Made by a program: the position numbers and the translations under genes | Assembly: GCA_002633005.1 (NCBI GenBank) | Contig: NMRA01000022.1 | Location: forward strand, 1,170,518-1,234,517 | Length of the DNA stretch: 64,000 nucleotides | Source of the DNA: Phoronis australis | Lineage: Eukaryota; Animalia; Phoronida | Reading direction: 5' to 3' | The notes under the pieces: generated by a model | Told to the model about the DNA's origin: nothing | What the model saw: the letters and a program-made list of their open reading frames with translations, nothing else | Databases searched by the model: none | Shown here: one piece after another, positions 13,354 through 27,142 of the stretch | Layout: each line of letters starts with the position of its first letter | Numbering within the stretch: the first letter of the stretch is position 1

Positions 13354-15373
13354 GTGGTAATCGGATTGGTCCAAAAATTGTTACCATCTGAGCTTCATAG
13401 AAGGCATATGATATATCTCAGCGGAAGCCGGTTGACGGACTCCCGAACGCCCGGACTCCCACACACAGTTGACCACAACATATTCCCATGCAAGAGCATA
13501 AAAGTGGCCCGTTCTAAGTTCCCATCAAAACTCCACCCCTTTCATTTATTGTATTTCTTTAGCATTTTGGACCAGTCCTCACCATTTCACCCATCTCCTT
13601 CTCATTTTGATTTTTCCTATCGCCAGTCCTCGGGTAATATTGACGAACAAAACCTGACAACATCTTTCAAAGATGCATAATTTCCGAACCGAGTTCCTAT
13701 GATTTACGGCACATACATGTACAGGCCTAAGTACTTGAGTCTGATTCAACTTTTTTAAAAATACACACTCTAAAACGATGCATGCGCAACTGGATGTCGT
13801 GTTCACGGTGTTGGGTCTCTTACACAAAGGTTGTGATAAAGCGTTCGTCGATAACAAACGAAGCTTTTAAAGAACATTTGCTTGTAACACACGGCGGGAA
13901 CATATGCGTATGCAAGTTTTGGCATACAGTTGTAGGATGTTTACGAGGTTGCTTTGGCAGTAATCTTGTTAGTTATAGTCCCAAGGATGAAGTACATATA
14001 CCTGTATTAGAAGCGTTGAAAGAAACAATGGCAGCCGATAAAAAATAATGTTCAGCATTCGCTTACCCAATAGAATATCCATTGTCAATGTTATCAGAAT
14101 AACGAAAAAGAAATGCAAAACTAACTATTCTTGTGTGGAATATCTTATTTTCATGTTCAACGGACAGTGAATTTTCGTGGTTTGGTTAATTCCGCGGGTG
14201 CCTTCTAATTATCTTTCATAATAAGACCTCGGGTATTCTTGATTAAAGCTGAACGCTTTCAACCATGGACTGAGGATGATTCGATTACTACTGCAGTTCT
14301 AGCATGGTTATTTCGTCGTAATTTCCCAATGGTAACGATTAATGAAGCCTTAATAGTCCTCAAATGAAACGATATTGAGGTTAACGCTTCTCCGGCTTTA
14401 GACTTGTTCATCGTTTACATCGCTCTGCAACCTATTTTCTAACCAGTAACTTTGACTTATCCATACACCGAGAACAACACTGATCTTAGATTCCTTTGTT
14501 TGCAGACCGGGGAAAAGAAAGGTCTGCAACGGTCACAATGTGTAATAAACCTCTAAACGTGTTGCTACAAAATAAAAGTAGGCTGAATTAGCTTTGGCAC
14601 ATGACGATTAACGACATCTAGGTACGTCTTGTTTACATCAGTTAATGTGAAGGGGCGCGTGTCATGGTTGGTATACTCCCTGACATCTGAAAATTTTAAC
14701 TTATAAATCCCATCATACAGAGTTGTGTTCAACGGCTCAAATACATTGTAAAATCTAAATCAAAGTTACATTGTATGTGCTACGCTGTATGGCAACTGTT
14801 TTGTTACTAACATCGACTTGTATAGTTAATGTAAAAACTACAAGAAAACTGTCATGGTATATACGTGTAGATGAGTTGTGTTATTGCTAACCACCGAATG
14901 AGCGGAATCGGAGTTCACAAGAAAAGTAACCATTTGTCCAACGTAAATGGTAAGTATGCCAGTTGGACTAACCCAACTCTCAACACAAACACAAGAGGAT
15001 TTCATACAGAAGCTCAGCTTGTTACTTCGAGTAGTATGAAGCACAACTTGGGGAGACACCAAACTTGTATAAAATCCCACGCCATTTAAGTTTTGTCTCA
15101 TAATCAACCATAAAACATTGCGGTTCTACACAAGTCCGTAGGAGTGTTAACAGTATTGGGAAGGTACACAATTCCATAGAACTGTTGGATGAACTAACAG
15201 ATTAAAACAGCACGTGTAGTAAAGCCAACACCAACAAACAAGTAGAGGAACAGTGTTGCAATTCAAATACACAAAACAGTACTAGACTCTACGTAAAATA
15301 CGAGATTTTCTTGAACTAAAACGTTCAGGAGTGCGTCAACTTACAATAGAATATAACTTTCAGGTTGTCATGA

Positions 15374-15493
15374 TGACAATTTTGCTCAACACTTTGCAAC
15401 TGGTGCTAACAATAATGATTATTTGCTAATTCTCTTATTAGCAAATTATCATTATTGTTAGCAGCAGTTGCAAAGTGCTGAGCCAAATTGTCA
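15374..15493. repeat. 120-bp near-perfect palindrome (57-bp arms, 4 mismatches, 6-nt loop)
   Basis: 15374-15430 is the reverse complement of 15437-15493, with loop tctctt. Confidence 0.92.
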
Positions 15494-18210
15494 AATTGTA
15501 TTGCTACAGTAGCTTCTCGTCAACAGGCTGAATCTCAGACATGTTTTGTAGGGGGAAACTACTCTGATCCATCATCCTCTATGATAAACAAATTATGCCT
15601 AAAATCTTGAAATGATGAACATGCCCAATAAAAATGAAATTTTGTTCTTGCCCTTTGATCACAAAAATATCACAGAGGCGAGTGGAGAAAACCAAGTTGA
15701 TGCAAATAAGAGTTTGCGTCAATTAATCTACCAAAATTACGAGATTGAAACCATCGAAGTCTAAGATCAGATATACAACAGTAATCTACAGAATGAAACA
15801 TGAAAAGTAAATTATCAACACACATGTCAAAATTTCGGCTCACAACAAAAAGGTACAGTAACATTAAGTTATTAGTGGAAATTTACTTTGTATTTTTTAT
15901 ACTACGGAAACTGGTAGGTTCGGAGTGGAATGGGTATGAAAAAGAAGATGTTAAATCAGCAGAACATACATTCCCTTGCCGTTTTAAAAAATAATTTTCA
16001 ATCTAGTACATTGGAAATTTGTAGGCCAGGCATTCCATTTACATCAGAGGCACAGCCATCTCTTTATCTGAAAGTGAACTTATGCTCAAAGATTTATAGC
16101 CTCAAGTAATTTCCAAATTCTGAAAAATAAAGTACTTAAAATATTATCATGCCGTTTTGTTTGTTTATAATTCATAAATTCTTGATTAAATTATTTTAAA
16201 AAGTACAAACTAGATAGCTAAATGCAATAATGGACTAGAAATGAAACATTTTGGAAAGATAGAAACTTCTTTTCGCACAAAATGATTTGATACTTTTTTT
16301 AAAGTTTAGTTATTTTGAAACTTTTTGAAGAATCGTTTTTGTATATGTTTAAATGAAATGGGAAAAAGACTACTACTAGTACCATAGATTAAATACCCCT
16401 TTAAATCGATGCTGTTTCTACCTGAAGCACACATGTCATAAAACAAAAGCCACGACAGAAAACTTTTGCATATATCATTGATAACTAATTCCCGAACTAC
16501 TACACTGGGGTATTTACCCATAGTTTAGTACATTCGTATGAAAATTGATCTACAGCCTCACTCTCTTCTGATGCCAATCTTTATTCAACATTAAAATCAC
16601 TTTGAAAACTGTCATACTGATGCTACTTAAGTTTTAATGCAGTCCAAACACGTGGTTATCGTGGTAATAACATCCAATTTATGAGATAGGCAACACCCCG
16701 AAATTCCAAGAAATTGTTGCCATTCCAAGTACTGTAGGTACAATGTATGGTTATCTGATTCAAACATAACTTTACCATTAAAAAATGAAATTGATAACTT
16801 TGGTTGGCAGAATACCTGGTTATCTTGGCAACGGTGTATGTTTCAGCTTGGCACTCCATGTGTTTCAGGCGAGGGTTTACTATAGGTACTTTGAACATAG
16901 TTGCTTGCTTTTAACCACAATGTCTTTGCAAATAAAGCTAAAACTGTTGATTCTGTCCGGCTGACTGTGTGAGCCTCCTGGCTCCTAACACGAGCCAGTA
17001 ACGTGACATGACATAAATGACATGACAACCTGGTAAAATGACGAACCACATTATATTGATGCCATCATCGTGGCCCCTTCGAGATGGGCCACCCTTACTT
17101 CCGCCCCCAATCCTCCCTCCCTCCCTCAATTCCTCCCTGCCAGATAATGGGACTCATGATTAATGCCTCCCGGCTTCATACTGCACTGTTTTTAAATACA
17201 ACACGATCTTGTAATGAACTGATTTTGAACAGAACGTTTTGAAAGAAAACGTTGTTTATCGTTGAAATGAGGCACGCACGCGATGTTGGCCAAATCTTAA
17301 AAGCGAAAATTTTCATAAGAAGCGGGTAATTTGTGACAAGAGCTAAATCAAAACGATGTTGCAAGATTGTGTGAATTTCAATCTCTAAAGGTGTAAACAC
17401 GGCTTTTTTATCATTTTGGCATATGTTTACTACACATGACGCTTACACACTTTCCAAGCATTGTCCAAGTAAATTAAATGAAACCCCTTAAAATGTTGCT
17501 CTGATGTAATGAGAAATGGGAGTAGAACGTGTAGATGCTGATGACTGTATTTATCAGGATACCAACCGCCCTCTTTACTAAGCCTACTTCAAAAGTACAG
17601 CTCCGTGGTTGATACAAGTTTTGCGAAGCAAATAATAGTTGTTTCATACATGTACAAGGTTTGTCTCAAAGCGTTCATCGTAATTTCAAATGTACGTACC
17701 ATTGCTCCCGTGGTCACTTGACAGTAATCCTTCCATTATTCTTTTATTTTTCTGTAACGAAAAGCAAAAAAATAAAATTGTTGTAACTTCTACTAGTCTC
17801 ATGTTTTTTTTAATGTGCAATCGTTACATCACCTCAATAGAAAGCGGTGTGCAACTTTACGTCAAGCTGGAGTATGGAGTAGGTTTTCGGGATGGAAGGA
17901 GATTTGGGTATCACAAAATACAGAATTTATCATATGTAAATGATCAAAGGTATACTTCAAATACAAGATGGGCCTTGCACAGCAGGTGTGTACACTGTAC
18001 AGATGTTGGCAGATCTTATGGCTGACTGACATTAAGTTTGTTTCTCCTTGATATGTACATTTAGAAAATGTGAGAAGTTTCACTAAGAATAAGGTGGAAC
18101 GACAAGATATGGAAGTGTACTTCCACCTAATGTTACACTCACATTTGCATACTGTTCACTTTCTCCCGAATCTATGCTTGATGTGTTATCTATTCATTGG
18201 TTTCCCTTAC

Positions 18211-18357
18211 CTTCCAAAGCGCAAGGAAATCTTGCTGCTCCACTCTCAGTAGCTCTGTAGCTTCGGCAGTGACAACAGCGACACCGTGCGGTGTCTCACC
18301 GAGGACGCTGTCACCAAACGAGCTCCCTTCTTCGAGTCTATGCAACTTAACACAGTC
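18211..18357 (-). CDS. RAPGEF4: Internal coding exon of Epac2/RAPGEF4-like gene (DCVKLHRLEEGSSFGDSVLGETPHGVAVVTAEATELLRVEQQDFLALWK)
   Basis: 147-bp phase 0-0 exon, not in the ORF track. Acceptor catttTAG|GAC, donor AAG|GTAAG. Aligns without gaps to Epac2 [49 protein letters not shown]. Confidence 0.92.
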
Positions 18358-21300
18358 CTAAAATGAAACGACAATATTAAGGTATTGTCGCCACTGTGTT
18401 CACTTGTTGGAGATACATGTATGCCTATGTTAAAATGCTTTAAAAGCGATCGTTGAGTCTTCTCTCAATAATGACTTCCCTGCTCATCTACGATGTGTTT
18501 GTGACAGACTGAACAAATTGTGCCATCCACGATCTGACTGCATTGCTAAAACAAATGAATTAAACGCGTTCACAAGATAATTGGTTCTATAATTTATCTT
18601 AGACAATTAAAATTGATTTCTCGCATTATAAACAGAGTTACAAACTTAATCACGCTCTTTCAGAACAATTTGTCAATTTCGCCATGATGTTCTCGTTATA
18701 TTTCTACGAGTACGTGCAACTGGAACACCCCGCGCTATATCCATAACATAACCGTTTTCCCTCACATGTGAACGTTTTTTGAATTGCGTATGCATGAACT
18801 TCAGGCATACGGCAAGTCATGTGACTTCAAGTTTTAGAATGATTGACAGCAACTGAAGTTCGTACATGTACATGCGCAGACAGTTCGTACATGCGCAGAT
18901 AAATTACCTCTGAGGGGAAAGTTGAAGCTACGGAAATACCCGAGTTGTTCCAAATGGATTACTTCATACGGGTATTGACAAGTGAGCTTGTTCTTTGCCA
19001 GGTATATTTCCATAAATAAAATATCTACCATTCAAACTGCTCTTTTCTTGCGTGTAAAGAATGTACTAGGCTAATATAAATGTTTGACTCGACCAAGGAT
19101 CTATAAAAATGCATTTGACTGCGTGCTTGATACAGGAGTAAACGTTAAAAAATGCCACTATGGATCAAAGCGGTAGTTTGATTAGTCTAAAACTCGTCGT
19201 CATCTGTTGTCAGATCCATAGGAACAAAGCTGCCAAATTTCAAAAACATCCTTCAAAGGGTTAGGGAGATACGGTGGCGGATGCAAAAAATACAATTAGT
19301 ACGTGCCAGAGTATTCAAACCCGCCCGAAAATCAATGTGCGCCGCAGTCTCTTCACCAGAAATATATCAGTCTACCAAGTTTCATCATGGTCCTTTGACC
19401 CGATGGATTGAGAGGAGGATGGAGAGGAGGAGTCCAAAAATTGACACAGAAATTTTGAAAGTGGTATGTAAATGACACAGTATACTATGAGTCGGTCCAA
19501 AAAGGAGAAGGCGTCCTCGTCTCAAAAGTCTAAATTTCGTGAAGACCCAACAGGAACTCCGAAAATGCAAGCAAACGCAAATATACAGTAACTGAAACTG
19601 CCACTGCCACAGCGGGAGTCGAATGAGTACGAAACTCGTCGATATCTCTCGTCAGCTTCATAGAAAAACATCTGCCAAATCTGAGTAGGAGATAGAAAAG
19701 CGTACGCCAGACTTTGCATGCTTGGATGGCGGACTCCTAGACAGAGATGCACCCGTATACGCAAGCATTTACGAAAGTCAACTTTTGATTTAGACCACTT
19801 GCCGTTACGAAACTGGTCCAAGATTTGACTCACTCAAATTGGCGGTACAGTAATTCCAATGTTTCAAAAGAACTACAAGTTGCTATTGCTTGATACAAAG
19901 CTCTGCAAGTTAGCTTGTCACGGCGGGTCACTTTATGCGCCGTGCATGCTCTCAAGGTATAAGAAATTGTCAGTTTTTTGCAAACTCACGGGGAACTATC
20001 ATCCCAAAAAGGATTAAGTTAAAAACAATTTTAAAACGGTAAGTACATGAACAGTAGACAAAATATGACATTCGCTTCTTGAAAGGAGCGCGGGTACCCA
20101 ATTGCCTCCATAGGGTCGTGGTGTTTCACATTCAGATTCCATTGATGAACTCACCTGGCATCGAGTTTTCCAATAGTCAATCAAGGGTGATAATCTTTTT
20201 CGTAGGTCGTTCAGGGGTAGCGTCGCCCATAATCTTGCTCGTAATGACGACCGAGTGTTCGCTCGTGTTTCACGACTGAAATCGCTCGCCCGCAATTATG
20301 CTCGTAGCTACGATCGAGACTTCGCTCGTAATCGTTTTATCCAATGAAAAATTGATGTGTAGCTCACGTGAGTTCTGAAGCAGTTGTACCCTCGTTATTT
20401 TACGCTCGTATTAGTATTATCCGCTCGTAGTCTTCCGTTCGCAGTTTTAGTGTTTAGAAGGTAAGACCACAACTGCGATATTTTTAAGTGCAAAAAATGG
20501 GAACATATCGAAGATTGACTGATATTTTTCACTTAGCAATCCTTGGCAATTGAAAATTATCCGTCTTAATACTTATTGGAAATGTATATCTACGAGGTTG
20601 TCTGACAATGTTTTTATTTTATTTGTTGAAATTGCCATGTTTTTTCAACATTTAGGACAAGTTTCGTTCTTATACTCTAGTTAGCAGTGCGTGCAGATGA
20701 TACAGTATATGACATTGCAAAATTCAAAACTGTTTTCAGGGGTACTGACTTTTTTAAAAGAATTTCTAAATATTGGTGGTAAATCACTCATTGTTTATTC
20801 AGTACATTTGAATAACAAACCATTTGAAGTACACAACCGAATTAAGCCAGTATCAGTTGAATGGCTGGTTGTCTCGTGTAAAGGCTTAAATCTAACGACG
20901 CCATCTTGCTAAAATTACGACCGTACATTTTTAGAGCGCACGTGACCTACAGATTAATTTCTCATTGGATATGACGATTACGGTCGTAAACCAGATGTGA
21001 TGTCTCGGTCATCATTACTAGCGTAATTACGGGCGACACTTACTCCCGAACGGCCCATGATGGATCTGAACACAAAACGGATGCTTGTGCAATATTATCT
21101 ACCGTAACTTGAGTCATAATTCAGATTAGCGCATGGATGCGAAGTGCTCGAGCAGAACACTTATCTAATAATGGTTATCCAATTATTGTCATTGAGCAGC
21201 AATTGAGTAGATATTTGTGTCAAATAATTATTTAGATACAATTTGAAATGTTGAAACAAAAAATCAGATTGCAGCTTATTACGGTGAAAATCTGACAAAG

Positions 21301-23619
21301 TACCCTCGTCCTGGAACACTTCACAAGACTATAATATTAATCGAGACTAATTGCGAGTCGTGAGCCTCGTGTAGTTACAAATTTGATCCTTCCTTGCCCA
21401 ATTATTCAGCGAAAACCCAGAACTGGAGTAAAACAAACTGTCCGGGGGCTATGGCGTGCATTGGTACATGTAGGTACGCACCAACAACTTGGGTGAGTAC
21501 CCTTCCCTCTCCAGCACACACCAGACTTCTTCGTATCGTCTCAGGTGGATAAATAAAAGAGATAGGAACAGAAGAAGGTCTCGTTATTTAGCATCGTCTC
21601 GCGTGCCTACTCTACAGGAAAACCCCCCGTTTGGTTTCAGCTCCTAACGACAGCGTTCTCTTGGAATCGGTTTACTGGTATACAAGAGAATCGAGACCTA
21701 ACGCATCCATTCAGCTATTTTTAACCTGTTTCTTGGGGTGAAATGAGGACAACCCGACTTTTTCACCAAAAATTCAACTTTAGAAAAAAAAAACTTCGAA
21801 AAATTGTTTTTAGTTAAAAAATATCAATTGTCATTAACGTGAAGCCGTCGCTAATTCGGTAATTGTTATACTCCACACAATTGGAACTTAGTTTAGAATC
21901 CCTGATAAACAAACCTCTTGACGACAGCGGCACTTGTATTGACAAAGTGCAGTGGAAAAGTGGTAAAGTTTATAATTTTATATTTGGATGTACCATAACT
22001 CAACTGCATCAGTTCGCGAAACATAGTGTAAAAAGCTGATTGAGGGATTTACGTAGAAACTGTAGCGAGTTAATTAAATACGACACAGACATAACGAAAT
22101 GCAAGTTCGGCGTGCGAAAAACACGTCTGTTTACGTGTCGCTCGAACCAACCATCCAACGTTTTGATTACTTTGTTTAGATTCATGTGTTGTTCTACACA
22201 CGCAAACCTTGGTTAAAGCTGAGAAAACATCGAGTCGTGCTCAAATCGGTTATGGAACTTTTTAGCAAAAAGTTACTTCAATAAAGCCCGATTCGTAGCG
22301 ATGACTAATACAAATAAGAGTGTTTTCGATGCCTGCCGACCAGAAAGCCTGATTTTGCAATTGAAAAAGGAAGCGAGAACTTTATATCGATGCATCGCCA
22401 TCTTGACAATTTCGAATGCGGTGTCTTTACAAAGCGAATAGCTACTTTAATATGAGAATAGAACAGTGAAAAGCTACTCAAATGGGTCGGTGATCACACG
22501 GTTGTTAAGTGGCAGATTACTGGGTTGTCTGCTTCCCCGTTCATTAGATTTTCTCTACACGTCGGTGGTTTGAGTGAGGAAAACAGGGTTTCCCGTGTAA
22601 GTCACGTTCAAATTGCTAATTCTGGTCACTAAAAGGGCGAAGCGAAGGAATTTAAAGGAACTAAACCCTAATATCCGGAAGATCAATCGGCTAAATTAAG
22701 CATGCGCACCACAATAAAAACCGGATGTGCGTCAGCGCAGCATGAGAATTCCAACGGTTGATGTCGGCCGCTTCATAAACTTTACCAGCGCGATGTATAC
22801 TGTATTGTTTTATGTGACATGTATTTATCATGCTGGAGAAAAATAAAAATATGAAAAAAAATACCAGCGCAGTTATTTAGGTCACCTGAGAATTGTCACC
22901 TTTTCACGTATAATTATTAGGCGAGCTTCTTACAAAATACACGCATTCGAGTATCCAACATTCCTGAAACTGGAAGTTGACATCACATTAAGCCATCGCT
23001 ACTATTTACAGAGTCGCTTATGGTGAAATCTTCATTGGTATCGACAGCTCCGCAAATTGAGTGTCTGTCATTCTCAAGATAAGTGTTGTGGATACGTTTT
23101 CGAAATGCTGGACGGTCTTTCGCCATGATTTTTGAAACAGATGCAGATGCAGCTCTGTAATCGGCAAGCGAACAAGTCAATGACTGGGAGCGCTCCGTGA
23201 GCTCAACTTGTTTTCCGTACGCTTTGTTCTCAAGCACACATTTACAATGTACAATGAGCATTTATTTTGTATTGCAGTAATGCAGACTTTCACCAGCCGT
23301 TATTCGTTTCCCTCGACAAGTAGTAACGTGGTTTCTATATCCAAACATCTCGGAAAGGCCGAGAAACAGTAAACGGTAATTTCAACAGAAGTATCAGTAT
23401 CCAATAAACACTATGATAAGCGAAACAAAATGGTAAAGCATTCAGCGACAGTCTCAAGAGCAAAATGTATAGCCAGCGTCTTTTTATGTGTTTTTCAAGT
23501 CCCATTCCATCGCCCCAACTGAAGCCATTCATAAATAGTGCATTCCTACATTCAACTACGAAGAAGTACTCCCGGAGTACTTAGGAATGCAAGAAGGTTT
23601 GTGTAACAAAAAAGTGACC

Positions 23620-25090
23620 CACCACCACAAAATGAGTCTTAAGTCGGGATTTGTCATTTCTTAATTGTTATTTTTTCTGAAAATACAGTGTTTTCTGATC
23701 ATTTTGAGGTTTGAAACCTGTCCTTATCTTCACAAATGACCGAGTTATTGCCAATTCTAGTCGGGGAAAGCGAAAATTTAGAGCTTTCAAAAGTCAAGGA
23801 AAATGGCCGACAAAAAGTGCCGATAGTGTCTTTAAAATTTCCATAGCAACCTGCAGTTGAATGCTACATTTCAGACTTATTAGTATACACAACAACATAA
23901 ACAAATAAAACTAATAAAAAATTAGAAAGAATAGAGACCTTATTATGTAATCTCAGCCAAAAAGGAGTGATATTCATGTTGGGTTGCTGCAACTGGGTCA
24001 ATAAATTTCCCACCTAAAGTATACAGGGTCAGTCCACTTGTGGCAGGAGGGGTTACCGCAAGTAAAACAAGTAGTTAAAGTGTATTTTGTAGAAGTTTAA
24101 TAAAATGAAGTCCTGTAGATTACAAAATACAAGTTTCTGGCTGATTTTTGTTCAAAGTGATTCAAAATGTTACGCTAGTGTGAATAATTTTGAAAAAAAT
24201 GACAATCACTCATCCCTATCCAAGTCCACTGACACTGACTGAAGAGCAACGATTTCCTCGACTTCTCACCGACTGATTCAGCCCTATCGAAGATTGTTCT
24301 CTCTTGCAGTAATATTCAGCTGCTTGCACCCCGATCCACTGGCTTTGCAGAAAAAGACATTGTTGTGCGATTAAGCTAATCCGGACTGTTTTCTTCAAGT
24401 TCTGTTTGTTCCAATCCAACTACTTGGAATCCAACGTAGCAGTATTCGCGAGGGGTCGATCATGAAACTCATCTGGCGACGAGTTGCTGTCGTCAGACGA
24501 CTCGTCGCTGTCACGAAATTCCTCCTTGTCTCCATCAACAAATGTGCTCTTTGATGAGTTCAGTTAATTCTCGCTGATCTTGATACGGCAGTCAGAGGCA
24601 AGAGTTAATCACTGAGATATCAGCTACTCGGCAACCAGCCATCTTACTGTCTTGAAAAACATGCCGTGACCTTGCGACCCCACAGTTTTACACCTACTTA
24701 TCTAGTTCTAGCGAATGAGGTCAGCGATGCATTAGGTTAAAAGGTCGTTGCTANTACTACATGCATAATGAGCAGAGTTTGACCTTTCTGTTGATGTGTT
24801 TACGAGTGAATTGGGTCACCGGAAGACTGAGCAATGAGGACACGAAAACCGGCAAATTTCGATGAAAATTTCACGAGATCTGCAGTCGTGGAGAAAGGTG
24901 ATGTTTTTCAAAATGAAATAAATAAGGTTTAAAATGAAGTTTGCTTGTTTTAAAGTATTGTTTTGTGAAGTAGAATGAATAAAATAACCATAATCTACAA
25001 TAAAAATTGACCTAATTTTAACCGATAGCGACTGTTTGCAGTCTGGTCAGGAAATAGAGTTTCCGACTTAAGACTCATTTTGTCGTGGTG
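23620..25090. mobile_element. About 1.47-kb non-autonomous DNA transposon with CAC...GTG termini (Chapaev/CMC- or Transib-like termini)
   Basis: 28-bp TIR caccac[c/g]acaaaatgagtcttaagtcgg at 23620 and inverted ending at 25090, 1 mismatch. Internal acidic coding-like remnant on minus strand (about 24420-24540). No clean TSD. Confidence 0.75.
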
Positions 25091-26637
25091 AAACGACAAT
25101 CAAATAGTTCGTCAGGTGACAAAAACGAAGAATTCTCAATAGTTCTTCATAGTGAGATTTGCGGTGTATTAGTGTGATTGCCATGAATGCTATTCAATAG
25201 TTCCTTGAAGTTGTCTACTAGAACAAATGAAGTCAAGAACTTTAGCCTCTGCTCCGTGTTCTACCCCGATACGGGAGTCCTGCCGTTTTCATACCATATC
25301 CTGGTTCAGAGGAGATTTTTGCACGAGCACAGGTACCCATCCAGTACGTAACCTTTATTCTTGTAATCTAGAGTTATATCATTTTGATTACTGTTTTTTT
25401 TTTGCTATAGTGCTCACCGAAATAATACATTTCCCGTTCTTAGAAATCGCTAAGGTACATGTAACTATCGTAGGCGTGACCTAATTGGGTGTGCCTAAAG
25501 TTTTCATTGACGACCTCCACAGTACCAGCGCCCTCTGTGCTGTCGTTGAGAAGATGAACATCAGTGCAGGTTTCGCCAACCGATGCCTGACGGAGGTACT
25601 AGTTGGTACATTTGGGACTCTTTGTTCCAGATAATCATAGAATTTCAGACTTTAGAACACGTTCATGACTACTACGATCATAACGGCAAATGATCCATAT
25701 TGGAAAAAAGCAAGAACTCTCATCCTTCAAATGATGGTTGCAAGATTGCAACATTCTGACTCCTGTAGTTTCCTTCAGGCACTTACATTGTATATAGACA
25801 TCTTTCTAATATGCGTTCCGTGTTTTGTCATGTGAAACACCGCATAATCATCAAAGCCGGGTTAAAGTCATTGAAAAAATGACTTGCCTGTGATTAGATG
25901 TTTGTTTGTAGGAACACACCTGAGTGACGTGCACCACAAAAAACTTAGATTATGAAAAACAACACCTGCAGCTTCCACATTGTTCAAAGATTGCTTTGGT
26001 GTGTTGCATACACACGGTGGGACAAGAACAAAACATATTTGTCTTTTAAACATCAAAACTTTCACAGTGATATTTTGTGCGCTTTTTGAAGGTCCATAAA
26101 AACATGTATAAGCTAGCTTTAAAGCCGTTTAATTCGTCAACATATCATCTTTGAGCTCCGCCCTAGGCAAAGCACACTCGTGGAAGGCTTCAAGAGTTCA
26201 ATCCTTTTGTAAACCAAAACAAAACAAAATTTGGTATTGAAAATCACACGTTTCTCGTAACAGTCGCACTAGCTTTGAGCCAGATCACTCTCACCTTAAT
26301 ACCGTTCTTTCTGTCAGCCGATACGTTTTGATTCAGGCCCTATGCCTCTAGAACATAATGGGTGTAACATCTAGCCTTGAAAAAAACTGACAGTTCGTTA
26401 TGTTTTAGATCAGGCTCTCACAATTTTAGGTCTGAAGAATTAACAAAGGGTCAGTTCTTCTCGAACCCAGAGACATAGTATTGTCTCATTCGCTACATTA
26501 GCAAAACAGACGTTCATATTGGTAATAAATTTCACTGGAAAATACCAAGCCCCCTCTGAACATTACACCGCTAAATGTACTGCTGATACAGAATGGCTGG
26601 GTGGTCAGGAAGGAATAATCCATAATCTTTATACAAT

Positions 26638-26747
26638 NNNNNNNNNNNNNNNNNNNNNNNNNNNNNNNNNNNNNNNNNNNNNNNNNNNNNNNNNNNNNNN
26701 NNNNNNNNNNNNNNNNNNNNNNNNNNNNNNNNNNNNNNNNNNNNNNN
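26638..26747. other. Assembly gap (110 N)
   Basis: Run of N. Confidence 1.
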
Positions 26748-27067
26748 AAAAGTCTAGTTGCCGTAAGTATTGGTATGTTTTTTGGAGATCGATTCAACAT
26801 CAGACAACTTGATTTTTGGTAACGTTGATAAGTCTTTTGACCACAACACCTTGCAGGACGATGCCATGTTTGTCAAGGCGCCTCGTTTTCGATCAACACG
26901 ACAGCAGCGCCCCGCGTTCGTGAAAGAGGTGAATAGCGTCAACTGTCGGGGTGTGAACGACAATGCATACAAACCCACAGTAACAGCTAATCAGCGCTGT
27001 TTACGCGGAAGGACGGGCTACTCTGACGGGCTACCTTGCGATTCTAGAGATTCCAAAATTAGCATTG

Positions 27068-27142
27068 CATGGGCGGCACAGCACTGAAAAAGGTGGGTAC
27101 AACAGCCCCCCCCTCCCAACCCCTTATGGTGCGCAGCCCATG
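27068..27142. mobile_element. Tiny MITE of the CATGGGCGGCGCA-TIR family
   Basis: catgggcggcaca...tgcgcagcccatg. Related copies at 58472-58538 (opposite orientation) and 41549-41578 (truncated). Confidence 0.65.

Noticed and set aside
23620-23650. RAG recombination-signal-like terminus
   Set aside because: CACCAC differs from CACAGTG/CACTATG, and no nonamer or RAG1/2-like coding sequence is recognisable.
26498-26812. ORFs spanning the N run
   Set aside because: Open only because of the assembly gap.
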